A stretch of DNA of 64,000 bases from a virus. The notes beneath the pieces were generated by a model, which was given only the letters and a program-made list of their open reading frames with translations, did not search any database and was not told the origin of the DNA. Below, in pieces: positions 42,623-52,360 of the stretch. The DNA lies in the IMG/VR virus record IMGVR_UViG_3300046535_002009, positions 46,061 through 110,060 of that record. One strand, written 5' to 3'. A program made the translations under genes and the position numbers. Each line of letters opens with the position of its first letter. The stretch's first letter is position 1.

Positions 42623-43807
42623 TCAGACAGCTTTCGCCCAGCGGGCGAAGGCGAGGAGCCGCTCGTCGCGGCCACGGTCGAGTCGGACCATCGTGGCCAG
42701 CTCTGCCCGTACCTGGCCGTGCTCACGGACGTGCTGGGGCGCGATCGCCCGGGCGGCCTGGAGGGAGTCGAGGGCGTGGCCGGGCCGCCCGAGCTGCATC
42801 TGGGCTCGGCCCAGGTCGATGTAGTAGTGGCTGCGCCGCTCGGCGCCGAGGCTCGGAGGCGGGGCCCAGGAGCGGGCGGCGGCGACGGCGCCTAGGAGGT
42901 CCTGCGGCTCTCCGAGTTCCACGGCGACCGACAGGCGGTGAATCTCGACGGAGTGGGGGCCCACCGCGGTGCCGTCGTAGAGACGCTCCGGAAACGTCCG
43001 GGCCAGCGTGCCGGCCTCGGTCAGGTGGGCGCGCGCGGTGTCTGCGTCTCGCATGCGGCCGGCGACGACGGCGGCTCGCATGTGCAGCGCGGCCGCGGCT
43101 GCGGCGAGGGGACCGGTGCGAGGGGAAGGCATCCGGTCGGCGGCGGCCTGAAGAGCGCGCAGGCCGGGGGCGAGCTGGCCGCTGGCGAAGAACACCTCCG
43201 TCCTGACGTATGCGGCGGCGGCGGCCAGCGCGGGGTCCTCGGCGATGGAGGAAGCCCAGCGCATCAGCTCGACGAGCCTTCCCGACAGGTCCCGGTATCC
43301 GTGCTTGTAGGCGACGGCGTCCGCGCTGCGGACCGCGAGCGCTAGCAGGTGCGCGGCCCGTTGACGGTCGGCGCCGGCGGCCTGGTCGACGGCGCGGAAC
43401 AGCTCGGCCAGGAGCGGCGCGATCGTCTCTGCAAGCTGGCCGTAGCGGGAGTTGACCCGGTCGTCTGTGGCCGCATGGACGGCGGCTGCGAGCTGGGCGA
43501 GGGGCCGGACAGGGCCGTCGTCCGGCAGGTCGTAGGCGGCGATCACGGACTGGAGGCCGGGGATTGCGAGGTGCACTCGGCTCTCGGTGCGGCCGGGGCC
43601 GCCGAGGAGTTCGTCCGCCGTGGTCTTGAGGTGGCGAGCGAGCGCGTCCAGCACGCTGTCGCTCGGGGACCGCTCGCCGTCCTCGACCTTGCGGATCATG
43701 CTGGTCGAGACGCCGGATCGCTCCTCCAGCGCCCGGCGGCTCAGACCGCACGCGCTCCGGGCGGCCTTGATGCGCAGTCCGACTTCGGTGGCGATACGAC
43801 CGGGCAT
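42623..43807 (-). CDS. XRE HTH regulator with TPR-like helical C-terminal domain
   Basis: RIKAARSACGLSRRALEERSGVSTSMIRKVEDGER; Ala/Leu-rich helical repeats, ERRSHYYIDLGRA. Confidence 0.88.
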   Translation of the reverse strand: MPGRIATEVGLRIKAARSACGLSRRALEERSGVSTSMIRKVEDGERSPSDSVLDALARHLKTTADELLGGPGRTESRVHLAIPGLQSVIAAYDLPDDGPVRPLAQLAAAVHAATDDRVNSRYGQLAETIAPLLAELFRAVDQAAGADRQRAAHLLALAVRSADAVAYKHGYRDLSGRLVELMRWASSIAEDPALAAAAAYVRTEVFFASGQLAPGLRALQAAADRMPSPRTGPLAAAAAALHMRAAVVAGRMRDADTARAHLTEAGTLARTFPERLYDGTAVGPHSVEIHRLSVAVELGEPQDLLGAVAAARSWAPPPSLGAERRSHYYIDLGRAQMQLGRPGHALDSLQAARAIAPQHVREHGQVRAELATMVRLDRGRDERLLAFARWAKAV

Positions 43808-43818
43808 GGGCGAGGGCT

Positions 43819-43876
43819 CCGTTCCGTGCGACACCACGACGGTACCGGCGGGCCCGGACGTGGTGTGCCGGAACGG
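43819..43876. promoter_or_regulatory. Inverted repeat flanking a -10 TACCGT upstream of the XRE-TPR gene
   Basis: CCGTTCCG..ACACCACG / CGTGGTGT..CGGAACGG. Confidence 0.5.
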
Positions 43877-43910
43877 CCCGGCGGCTCGGGAGTGCCCAGG
43901 CGGCGGCTGG

Positions 43911-44555
43911 TCACTGGGCTGAGGTGATCACCTCTGCGAGGTCGTGCAGCGAGTTGACACGCCAGTCGGCGGCCGCCGCCTCCGAGCTGTCCGCCCATAG
44001 GTGCCCGAGTGGCCCGCGGCGCAGGTGGGCCGCGCGCATGCCGGCGGCCAGTGCGGGGTGGATGTCGTTCGCCGGGTGGTCGCCGACGTAGAGGATCTCG
44101 TGGCGCTGGCCCGGTGCCCAGTCGGCGACCCGGTCGAAGAACTCCGGCGACGGCTTGGCTACTCCCCACTCGGCAGAGGTGACGATGCCGTCCGCGGGTA
44201 GGTTCATTGCGCGCAGCAGGTTCCCGGCCCGGTGGTTCTGGTTGCCGGCGATGCCTACCCAGACGCCGATGTCGCGCAGCCGTTGTAGGGCCGGTCGGAC
44301 GTCGGGGTAGAGGTCGGTCCGGTCGAGGAACTCGTCCTGGCCTGCTGCCCGGCGTGCCTCCCACTCTTCGGCCACGTCGCACCCGGGCTTGATGATGCGG
44401 ATTGCGTCCGCGTTGTCGCGGCCCTGGGCGACGACCGCGCCCACGAGGGCGGACATGGTGTGTGCGGGGACGCCGAGCCAGCGGGCCCAGTCAGCCCAGT
44501 AGCGGGCGTCGCTGACGAGGGTTTCCCCGATGTCGAGGACCACGGATTTGATCAC
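43911..44555 (-). CDS. HAD-superfamily hydrolase
   Basis: VLDIGETL, GN, KP, YVGDHPAND motifs. Confidence 0.88.
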   Translation of the reverse strand: MIKSVVLDIGETLVSDARYWADWARWLGVPAHTMSALVGAVVAQGRDNADAIRIIKPGCDVAEEWEARRAAGQDEFLDRTDLYPDVRPALQRLRDIGVWVGIAGNQNHRAGNLLRAMNLPADGIVTSAEWGVAKPSPEFFDRVADWAPGQRHEILYVGDHPANDIHPALAAGMRAAHLRRGPLGHLWADSSEAAAADWRVNSLHDLAEVITSAQ

Positions 44556-44616
44556 GCGGCGAGCCTACCCAGGTGTCGGCAGCGGATGCCTTCCCGGTCG
44601 CTCGTAGGATGGCGAG

Positions 44617-44856
44617 ATGCCTGGACCTGCTGCCCTTCCTCTGCCTGATGACCTGGTCGCCCTTGGCCGTACGCGTCGGGCTGCTGAGCTCGCAATGGAG
44701 GCTGCGGCCCGCGACGGCGGGGACGTCGAGGCGGCTCGGCAGGCCTTCGTCGAGGCTGGCTTGGCGGTCCGCGCGCATCCGATCTGGCAGGAAGCGCGAC
44801 GCGCTGGTTGCCACCACCAGACCGCTCAGGCGCTCACGGATGCCGTGCGGGACTGA
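44617..44856 (+). CDS. Hypothetical protein
   Basis: LPDDLVAL...VRAHPIW. Confidence 0.55.
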   Translation: MPGPAALPLPDDLVALGRTRRAAELAMEAAARDGGDVEAARQAFVEAGLAVRAHPIWQEARRAGCHHQTAQALTDAVRD

Positions 44857-44868
44857 GACGTCCAGGAC

Positions 44869-45426
44869 CTATTTGCGGTTCTTCACCGCGGGGGTGGGGG
44901 TGGCCTGGCTGCACTGGTACTGCGGAGCCGTGGGGTCGAAGGGGTCGGCGCGGGTGCAGCTGTAGGTCTGGCCGCCGGTGGTGAACGTCCAGCTGTAGGG
45001 CGGCTGGCCGGCGGTGCCGGGCGGTCCTTGTGGCCCGGGTGAGCCGTCGGCGCCGGGGCTTCCTGCCGGGCCGGGGAGGGTGGAGTTGGTGCCGTCGCGG
45101 CCAGCGGGGCCGCTGGGTCCGGTCGGGCCGGTCGGTCCTGGGATCGGGGTGGGGGTGGGTGCGTCGCGGCCGGCCGGGCCCTGGGGTCCCTCCGGTCCCT
45201 GGGGGCCGGTGAGTCCGGCGTCGCCGCGGCTGCCGGGCGGGCCGGCGACGGGGGATGCGCCGAGTTGCTGGACCTGGCGGGCGAGGCCGTCGCGGGCCTC
45301 GTTGGCGGAGCGGAGGTCGGCGGACAGCTGGACGGTCTGGACGGCAAGCCATGCCATGAAGATCAGCATCAGCACCGCGGTGAAGAGGGCCACGGTCTCG
45401 GCCCGGGCCGGGAATCGGCGGTTCAT
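44869..45426 (-). CDS. Membrane-anchored collagen-like protein (lysis module)
   Basis: N-terminal TM, coiled coil, Gly-X-Y repeats, C-terminal Cys pair. Confidence 0.82.
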   Translation of the reverse strand: MNRRFPARAETVALFTAVLMLIFMAWLAVQTVQLSADLRSANEARDGLARQVQQLGASPVAGPPGSRGDAGLTGPQGPEGPQGPAGRDAPTPTPIPGPTGPTGPSGPAGRDGTNSTLPGPAGSPGADGSPGPQGPPGTAGQPPYSWTFTTGGQTYSCTRADPFDPTAPQYQCSQATPTPAVKNRK

Positions 45427-45776
45427 GAGGCGGTCACCGCCCAGATCGCGACGGCTGCGGAGAGCAGCGCCAGGAGGACGGGGACGACCATCTGGTAGAG
45501 GCGGGCCTGGCGTTCGCGTTCGCGGCGTGCTGCCTCGGCGAGCTTGTACGCCTCGAAGGCGTCCTCCAGGACCTTGATGTCGGAGCGGGCGGCCTGGAGG
45601 TCGCGGGTCAGGTCGGTGATCCGCTGGTCGGTGTGGGCGGACTGGAGGGTGTAGACGTCGGTGGACACGACGCGGTCGAGGCGGGCGTTGATCCCCTGGA
45701 TCATGCCCTGGAGGTCAGCGCGCAACGCCCCCACCATGCGTCCGAGCTCTCCCACCGTCAGGTCGTCGTCGGCCAC
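45423..45776 (-). CDS. Coiled-coil protein with C-terminal TM (lysis accessory)
   Basis: GGAG RBS; position after the holin. Confidence 0.75.
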   Translation of the reverse strand: MADDDLTVGELGRMVGALRADLQGMIQGINARLDRVVSTDVYTLQSAHTDQRITDLTRDLQAARSDIKVLEDAFEAYKLAEAARRERERQARLYQMVVPVLLALLSAAVAIWAVTAS

Positions 45777-45871
45777 TTCTCTCCACCTCCGTCCGTGGTC
45801 GCTGTTCCGGGTCTCGACATGGAGCCGCGCCGGCCGGGCCGGTGCTCGGCGCCGGTCGGCGCGGCAGTCAT

Positions 45872-46270
45872 TCACTCGCTCCGGGTGTAGGTGACGGCGG
45901 CCGGTGCGGGCGGTGCGACCGGGGCGGTGATCTGGGTGCGGGTGTACAGGGCTGCGGCGATGGCCACGGCGGACATGACGAGGGCCTGCAGGTCGGCGCT
46001 CCAGTGGAGGCCGTATCCGACGGCCAGGGCGATGGCTGCCTGGAAGAGGCCGAGGACGGCGGCGATGCCACCGTCGTGGGCGATGCGGGCGATGATGACG
46101 CCGATGATCGCCGCGGCGAAGGCGTTGATCGCGGACTGCTGGTCGACGGTGACGTGTGCGCCGAACGCGACGGCGAGCTTGACGATGACGGCGACGAGGG
46201 CGAGGTAGGCGGCGGGTTCGCGGCCGAGGATGGTGGTGACGGGGTTGCGGTCGGGGGTGGTGGTGCCCAT
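45872..46270 (-). CDS. Holin
   Basis: ILGREPA; 4 TM; RTQITAP; follows the endolysin. Confidence 0.8.
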   Translation of the reverse strand: MGTTTPDRNPVTTILGREPAAYLALVAVIVKLAVAFGAHVTVDQQSAINAFAAAIIGVIIARIAHDGGIAAVLGLFQAAIALAVGYGLHWSADLQALVMSAVAIAAALYTRTQITAPVAPPAPAAVTYTRSE

Positions 46271-46284
46271 GGCGGGGGTGCTCC

Positions 46285-47172
46285 TCAGCGGGTGCGGGGC
46301 TTGGTCTTGGTCATGGCCCAGGTGCGGGCGCCGAGCTTGCCGTCGACATCGCCGACGCTGTAGCCCTGCGCGTTGCACTCGGTCTGGAATGCGCGGCAGA
46401 CGGCCTCGGACTTGGGGCCGTAGTCGCCGTCGACGGTGATGGTCCAGCCGCGCCAGGCCATGTAGGCCTGCCACATGCGGACGCGGTCGCTCGCGGTGAA
46501 GTTGACGATGAGGTGGCCGTCGTAGGTGGCGTAGGCCGGCGCCGGTGTGCTCGGCGGCGGGGCGGGTGTCGGCGGTGCCGGGGTGGGCGCGGCGGCGAAC
46601 AGGGGCGGCATGGGGCCGGGGTCGGTGTGGTCGTTCTCGGGCACCTGCGAGTGGCCGTAGTGGCCGCTGCGGGTGGACCAGACCGTGGCGTCGCGGTGCG
46701 CGGTCCAGGTGGGCTCGCCCATGGGCCAGACGTCCGGGACGCCCCAGGACCGGAGCCAGGCCATGATCTTGTCGAGGCCGGCGCTGGGGGTGTCGCGGAG
46801 GGTGGGGTAGACCCGGCCGTCGACCCGGCAGTACGGGAAGAACAGGCTCTCGATCTGGATGCAGACGTTGCCCTTGCGGTTGGTCTCCACCCCGCCGGGG
46901 GCGTTGACCACGGACTTGCTGCGGGAGGTCGCGGCGAAGTACTGCACGGTGCGGCCGGTGAACGGGTCCCACAGCAGGTGGGGAGCGGCGCCGGCGCCGT
47001 CGCTGGCGAAGTAGCGGGCGAGGGTGTCGAAGGGCAGCAGGTCGGCCGGTGCGGCCGCGGTGGCGTTGCGGTCCCAGGTGATGTGCCAGATCGTGCGGGA
47101 GCCGCCGTCTCCGGCCATGGGGGCGTCGTCGAGTTGGCGGCGCTCGGCGCCGGGCAGGTAGAGGTCGGCCAT
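46285..47172 (-). CDS. Endolysin: N-acetylmuramoyl-L-alanine amidase + peptidoglycan-binding domain
   Basis: WHITW, IQIE, GHSQVPENDHTDPG; VDGDYGPKS/VDGKLGARTW. Confidence 0.9.
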   Translation of the reverse strand: MADLYLPGAERRQLDDAPMAGDGGSRTIWHITWDRNATAAAPADLLPFDTLARYFASDGAGAAPHLLWDPFTGRTVQYFAATSRSKSVVNAPGGVETNRKGNVCIQIESLFFPYCRVDGRVYPTLRDTPSAGLDKIMAWLRSWGVPDVWPMGEPTWTAHRDATVWSTRSGHYGHSQVPENDHTDPGPMPPLFAAAPTPAPPTPAPPPSTPAPAYATYDGHLIVNFTASDRVRMWQAYMAWRGWTITVDGDYGPKSEAVCRAFQTECNAQGYSVGDVDGKLGARTWAMTKTKPRTR

Positions 47173-48068
47173 CAGATGCCCTTCCGGGTGCGCCAGGTGT
47201 CCATGGCGGCGAGGAGGTCGTGGTCGGCGTCCTGCGGGGCAGGGACGGGGACCGGGGTGGGCGGCGCCGGCGCGGCCCAGGTGAAGGCGGTGACGTCGCC
47301 CTCCTCGGAGAGGAGCGTCTGCAGGTCGGTGCCTGTCAGGTAGCCGCGGCCCTCAAGCCCCCAGCCGGTGCCCCAGGAGTTGGTGATCCAGAAGCCGTCG
47401 GTGGTGGCGTCCCAGCGGGGGATCTCGACCTCGTGTCCGCCGGCCAGGCCGGACGACTTCACGATGGGGATCCGGCCGTCGGCGTCGGTCGACTCCATGG
47501 AGGTGTACCAGTGGACGCCGATGATGATCGGGCCGGCCTGCAGGGCGGAGCGGGCGGCGGCCAGGCTGAACGCATGGCTGTACTTGGTGATCAGGCCGAG
47601 GGCCTGGAGGGCCTTGCCCGCGCCCACGCCGTTGGAGCCGGTGTCGGTCGGAGGGAAGGTGCCGGGGTAGCCGTCGAGGATCGTCTCCAGGCTGTACAGG
47701 CGCAGGGCGAAGGCCTCGTCGAGCTGGTAGGTCCCGGCGGTGAACAGGCCGTGAGAGTTGGCGGCCCCGGCCTCGGTGATGGTGACGGTGGTGGCGGCGG
47801 TGCGACCGGCGCTGTCGGTGCCCAGCGCGCCGACTGCCGCGTTCGCGGTGCAGCTGCCGACCTGGCCTTGGTCCAGCACGGGGATGCGTCGGGTCCAGTC
47901 CACGGACTGGAGCGCGGACTTGGGCAGGACGCCGACGGTGAACGCGAGGGAGCGGGGGTCGTGGCGGGCGTGCCGGCCGTAGGTGCGGATCGAACGGGGG
48001 CGTGCCGCCTCCACGCTCGTGTCGGCGGTTGTCCGCCCGGTGGCGGGATCGTGCTCGGGCTGGGCCAT
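47172..48068 (-). CDS. Papain-like (C1) cysteine peptidase
   Basis: VDW, DQGQVGSCTAN, GGHEV, NSWGTGWG..G. Confidence 0.88.
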   Translation of the reverse strand: MAQPEHDPATGRTTADTSVEAARPRSIRTYGRHARHDPRSLAFTVGVLPKSALQSVDWTRRIPVLDQGQVGSCTANAAVGALGTDSAGRTAATTVTITEAGAANSHGLFTAGTYQLDEAFALRLYSLETILDGYPGTFPPTDTGSNGVGAGKALQALGLITKYSHAFSLAAARSALQAGPIIIGVHWYTSMESTDADGRIPIVKSSGLAGGHEVEIPRWDATTDGFWITNSWGTGWGLEGRGYLTGTDLQTLLSEEGDVTAFTWAAPAPPTPVPVPAPQDADHDLLAAMDTWRTRKGI

Positions 48069-48304
48069 GTGGGCTCCTGTGGAGGGAGGTGGTCAGCGCG
48101 GGCCCGATGCAGGTCAGAGCGCCTTTCCGTGACCCTCCATCCCGGACCGGCACTGCCTTCCCGCACCGGGCCCGCATCGCCACAGTCACCACCGGCCCCA
48201 CTGACACCGCGACGCCCGCCACCGCCCTGACCTGCGTTTACAGGACAAACCGGACCGGAACCTAGGGTCTGGCCCGCGACCGGGTACTCCGAGGGCCCGC
48301 CGCA

Positions 48305-48360
48305 CGGTGGGGCCTCGCTTCGCAGGCGCGGGCCCCACCGCCGCCTGCGAACCGCCTGCG
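48305..48360 (+). promoter_or_regulatory. Interleaved inverted repeats (pseudoknot/switch-like leader)
   Basis: A 48305-14 pairs with A' 48331-40; B 48319-28 pairs with B' 48342-51; second B' copy at 48353-60. Confidence 0.45.
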
Positions 48361-48378
48361 TGAACAGGAGTGCCGGGC

Positions 48379-49386
48379 ATGCCGCCCTTCGAGCCGCCCC
48401 TCCTTGACGCCTTCGGCATGAAGGCCGACTCCTCCGGCTGCGGCGTCATCCGCATCGAGCTGCCGATGGACGCCCTGAAGGGCGAGGGCTACGCGACCGC
48501 CTACGCCGAGGGCGCCCACAACAAGCTCCGCACCCGGGTCCTGATCGGCCAGCGGGTCTGCAACGACACCGCTTCGCCGGGCTGGCAGGACATGGCCCGG
48601 GCCGCGAACCGGCCCAAGCTCGTCTTCGAGCTCGATGACGACCTGTGGAACATCGACAGCAGCAACGTGATCGCTCACCGCTACTTCGGCGACCCGGCCG
48701 TCCGCAGCCGCCTGGAGGCGAACATCCGGGTCGCGGACGAGGTGACCGTCACCATGGAGCCCCTGGCCGACCTGGTGCGTCCGCTCAACCCGAACGTCCG
48801 CGTCATCCCGAACTACCTGCCCTCGTGGCTTCTGGAGCACGATCGGCCGCGGTCGGCGGAGGGCACGGTGACGGTCGGCTGGGCGGGCTCGACGACGCAC
48901 CTGATGGACGTGCAGGAGCTCGGCGGCCACCTGCGGCAGGTCATGGCCCGCAACCGTCACGTCGAGCTGCACCTGATCGGCTCGGACTACCGCAAGGCGA
49001 TGGGTGCCGGCACGCAGGACCGGGTCCGGTTCAGCGGCTGGTCCGCGTCACCCGCGGACTACTGGCGGGCCGTCGACTTCGACGTCATGCTCGCGCCACT
49101 GCGCGCCCACCAGTTCAACGCCAGCAAGAGCCCGCTGCGCCCGCTGGAGGCGGCGTTCCTCGGCATCCCCGTGATCGCCTCCGACTACGGCCCCTACGGC
49201 GCGTTCGTCCGCCACGGGCAGACCGGCTTCCTTGTGCGTCGCGACCACGAGTGGGGCCGGTACCTGCGCGACCTCGTCAACGACCCGGCGATGCGGGCCG
49301 AGATGGGCGCCGCAGCCCGCCGCCAGGCCGCGGACTGGACGATCGAGGGCAACCTCGACGCGTGGCGGAAGGTGCTCGCGCCGTGA
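48379..49386 (+). CDS. GT-B (GT4-like) glycosyltransferase
   Basis: SGCG.IRI..P, FELDDDLW, VIPNYL, GWAGS.TH..D, FNASKS.LR.LE...G.PVIAS. Confidence 0.85.
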   Translation: MPPFEPPLLDAFGMKADSSGCGVIRIELPMDALKGEGYATAYAEGAHNKLRTRVLIGQRVCNDTASPGWQDMARAANRPKLVFELDDDLWNIDSSNVIAHRYFGDPAVRSRLEANIRVADEVTVTMEPLADLVRPLNPNVRVIPNYLPSWLLEHDRPRSAEGTVTVGWAGSTTHLMDVQELGGHLRQVMARNRHVELHLIGSDYRKAMGAGTQDRVRFSGWSASPADYWRAVDFDVMLAPLRAHQFNASKSPLRPLEAAFLGIPVIASDYGPYGAFVRHGQTGFLVRRDHEWGRYLRDLVNDPAMRAEMGAAARRQAADWTIEGNLDAWRKVLAP

Positions 49387-49781
49387 CCGCGGGGACAGCC
49401 ATCGGCATCCTTCTCGCCCACCTGGCCGGCGACTACCTCCTGCAGTCGCACTGGATGGCGACGGAGAAGACCAGCCGCTGGTGGCCGGCCGCGGCACATG
49501 CCGCCACGTACGGCCTTCCGTACCTGGCGGTCACCCGCTCGCCCGCGGCTCTTGCGGTCATCGTCATCACCCACGCCGTGATCGACCGGTACCGCCTGGC
49601 CCGGCACGTGTGCTGGGCAAAGAACCTCGTCGGGCCGGCGCGGCACCGGCGGCCGTGGGCCGACTGCTCGGCCACCGGCTACCCGCCCGAGGCTCCGGCC
49701 TGGCTCGCCGTCTGGCTGCTCATCGTCGCGGACAACTCCATCCACCTGCTCATCAACACGGCCGCCGTGGCCTGGCTGTGA
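49383..49781 (+). CDS. DUF3307-like membrane protein
   Basis: HLAGDYLLQ, H..ID, DNSIH. Confidence 0.75.
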   Translation: MTAGTAIGILLAHLAGDYLLQSHWMATEKTSRWWPAAAHAATYGLPYLAVTRSPAALAVIVITHAVIDRYRLARHVCWAKNLVGPARHRRPWADCSATGYPPEAPAWLAVWLLIVADNSIHLLINTAAVAWL

Positions 49782-49787
49782 GGACCC

Positions 49788-50501
49788 ATGTCTGACCTCT
49801 GCATCGTCGTTCCGACCCGCGGCCGCCCGGGCAACCTTCGCGAGCTCTGGGCGGCATTCCGCGAGACCTGCACCAGCCGTACCATGCTGCTGGCCTACGC
49901 CGACGAGGACGACCCGGAGCTGCCCGGCTACCGCGCCCTGGCCGAGGAGGTCCAGGCGGCCGGGCCAGCGCCCGGCCCGGAGTTCTTCCTCGTGATCGGC
50001 GCGCGGCTTCGGCTGGGCCCGACCCTCAACCTGGCCGTGAAACACTGGGCTTGGTCGTGGCCGCGCATGGGCTTCATGGGCGACGACCACCGGCCGCGGA
50101 CCGGCGGCTGGGACACGCGGTACGTCGAGGCCCTGGACGAGCTCGGGACCGGCCTGGTCTACGGCAACGACCTGATCCAGGGCCCGAACCTGCCGACCCA
50201 GGCAGCGATGACCTCGGACATCCTCCTGGCCACCGGGCACATGGTCCCGCCCGGCCTGATCCACCTCTACGCCGACAACGCGTGGCTGGCCCTCGGTCAA
50301 GCCCTCGGCGCCATCACCTACCTGCCCGACGTCATCGTCGAGCACTGCCACCCGATCGCCGGCCGGGCCGCGTGGGACGCCGGCTACGCCGAGGCCAACG
50401 ACGACGCCCGGTCCGACGCCGACCGGGCGGTCTTCGAGCAGTGGCGGGCGAACGACCTCACCGACTGGGTCCGAAAGATCAGGGAGTACCCCCGTGGCTG
50501 A
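49788..50501 (+). CDS. GT-A (GT2-like) glycosyltransferase
   Basis: IVVPTRGRP, FMGDD, HLYAD, IVEHCH. Confidence 0.8.
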   Translation: MSDLCIVVPTRGRPGNLRELWAAFRETCTSRTMLLAYADEDDPELPGYRALAEEVQAAGPAPGPEFFLVIGARLRLGPTLNLAVKHWAWSWPRMGFMGDDHRPRTGGWDTRYVEALDELGTGLVYGNDLIQGPNLPTQAAMTSDILLATGHMVPPGLIHLYADNAWLALGQALGAITYLPDVIVEHCHPIAGRAAWDAGYAEANDDARSDADRAVFEQWRANDLTDWVRKIREYPRG

Positions 50502-50649
50502 CGACAAGCAGGCCGCCGCCGAACAGGCCATCCGAGACTTCGACTTCTGGGACTACGGGCTCAACGAGGTTGACCCGGGGGGCGAGTACGCCGAGTGGGT
50601 CACCCCGCTCGCCGCTGCGGTGGTCAAGGCGATCGAGGGCGCGGCATGA
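50494..50649 (+). CDS. Small acidic hypothetical protein
   Basis: GGGAG RBS; coupled. Confidence 0.5.
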   Translation: MADDKQAAAEQAIRDFDFWDYGLNEVDPGGEYAEWVTPLAAAVVKAIEGAA

Positions 50650-51281
50650 CGGAGCACCGGCTCTTCGACGGCGACGTCCCGCACGTCTCCACCGCCGAGT
50701 TCCACGCTGGCCGCGAGCGGGCCCCGCACCTGGAGCAAGCCGTTCACCGACCCCGTCTGGAGATGGCCGCCTCGCTGGTGCGCCAGGCACTGGACCTCAT
50801 CCCATCGAACTGGCCGCACAGCAGGGACCCAGAGGCGAGCCCCTGGCCCGGGGTCTCCGACCTCGGCTGCGGCGACGGCGGGCTTCTCTCACTCCTGCCC
50901 GGCTCGCCTACCGCCACGTGCTGGGGCTACGACTTCCAGCCTTCGAACAAGGCCGGATGGGCCGAGCGCCAGGTGCTCGCCAAGCAGCGAGACGTCTTCG
51001 GAGCCGACCGAGACAAGGTCCACCTCGGCACCATTTCCGTCTGCACCGAGGTGCTCGAACACCTCGCTGACCCCCACGAGGTCGTGCGGTGGATTGGGAG
51101 CCGATCCCGGTTCCTTGTCGCGTCATCCCCATGGAACGAGACCCCCGAGTCCCACGACGAGTGCCACGCCTGGGCGTGGGACCACGACGGCTACCGCGCC
51201 CTCATCGAACAGGGCGGATACCGCGTGCTGGCCCACGAGACCGTCGGCCAGTTCCAGCTCATCCTCGGGGAGCACCCGTGA
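50646..51281 (+). CDS. Class I SAM-dependent methyltransferase
   Basis: DLGCGDGG, TEVLEHLADP. Confidence 0.85.
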   Translation: MTEHRLFDGDVPHVSTAEFHAGRERAPHLEQAVHRPRLEMAASLVRQALDLIPSNWPHSRDPEASPWPGVSDLGCGDGGLLSLLPGSPTATCWGYDFQPSNKAGWAERQVLAKQRDVFGADRDKVHLGTISVCTEVLEHLADPHEVVRWIGSRSRFLVASSPWNETPESHDECHAWAWDHDGYRALIEQGGYRVLAHETVGQFQLILGEHP

Positions 51282-52360
51282 ACCTGCGTCTGCACGTGAT
51301 CGACCACGAGACGCAGGACGGCCACGAGGCCGGCACCCTGCTGAACCGCTCCTTCTACCTCAACGACGTACCGAGGCTGATCCTCCTGTGCCGGCTGCTC
51401 GGGCACCGGGGCGTGGTCGACGGCTACGGCTCCGGGACGGACGGGCGCCAGGCGCGCTGGGTGGCCTGCCACCGGTGCGGTGTCCGGCCGCAGCCCCAGG
51501 GCGATCTGGACCCGACGCAGTGGCAGCTCGGCCAGCGCTACCGCGGGCCGTTCGTTCCAGCTGTCCCGCCGACGCCGCCGAAGACCCTGGCCTCCGCCGT
51601 CAGGTACATCGCGCCCAAGGTGGCGGGCCCGTGGCCGGTCCACCCGACGACCGAGATCAGCGGCCAGCTCGTCATCGGGCGTGGCACGTTCCGCAGCCTC
51701 GGGGTGGAGCTCAAGGTCGGCAATGACAGCAGCGAGAACGCCCTCGCGTGCAGCCTTCGGCTTGGCCGGCTCGGGGCCCTGTACCTGAGCTTCGGCAGTC
51801 TCGGCCGCCGGGTGCAGCGGCGCCTCAACTCCGGGACGTACGAGTCTCGGGTGATCGAGGTCAGCGTCCACGACGGCCGTCTGGGGTGGAAGGTGTGGGC
51901 GCCCCGGGACTCGTGGACCAGGGGCACCCCGCGGTGGATGGACGGCAGTACGGCTCTCGACCCGCGGGACCGGTGGCTAGGCCCGGTGCGGTACTCGTAC
52001 GAGGACGTCGGCCCGAAGCGTCCCGGCCGGGTGGTCATGCCCGAAGGCGACGCGCACGAGGTCACCTTGCAGCTTCAGCAGCAGCGCAAGGGCCGTCGGC
52101 GCGGCCGGCCGGTCGAGTCCTGGACCGTCGACTGGAGCGGCAAGATCCCGTTCCGGGACGGGTCATGGAAGGGCGACGACGTCCTCGGCTCCGGCGTCGA
52201 GGTGTCCGCGGCCGCTGTCGACAGCGGCCGGTGGCCGCAGGAGGCATGCGCTCGGATCGCCGCCGACGTGGCCCGGGACCGGGCCCGCTACCGCTGGCAC
52301 GGCGAGTCGACCTTCCCCCAGCCCGACCCCGACGCGGACTTCGACGTGGAGGTCTCCTGA
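51278..52360 (+). CDS. Hypothetical protein (360 aa)
   Basis: Coupled on both sides; CRLLGH...CHRC. Confidence 0.75.
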   Translation: MNLRLHVIDHETQDGHEAGTLLNRSFYLNDVPRLILLCRLLGHRGVVDGYGSGTDGRQARWVACHRCGVRPQPQGDLDPTQWQLGQRYRGPFVPAVPPTPPKTLASAVRYIAPKVAGPWPVHPTTEISGQLVIGRGTFRSLGVELKVGNDSSENALACSLRLGRLGALYLSFGSLGRRVQRRLNSGTYESRVIEVSVHDGRLGWKVWAPRDSWTRGTPRWMDGSTALDPRDRWLGPVRYSYEDVGPKRPGRVVMPEGDAHEVTLQLQQQRKGRRRGRPVESWTVDWSGKIPFRDGSWKGDDVLGSGVEVSAAAVDSGRWPQEACARIAADVARDRARYRWHGESTFPQPDPDADFDVEVS

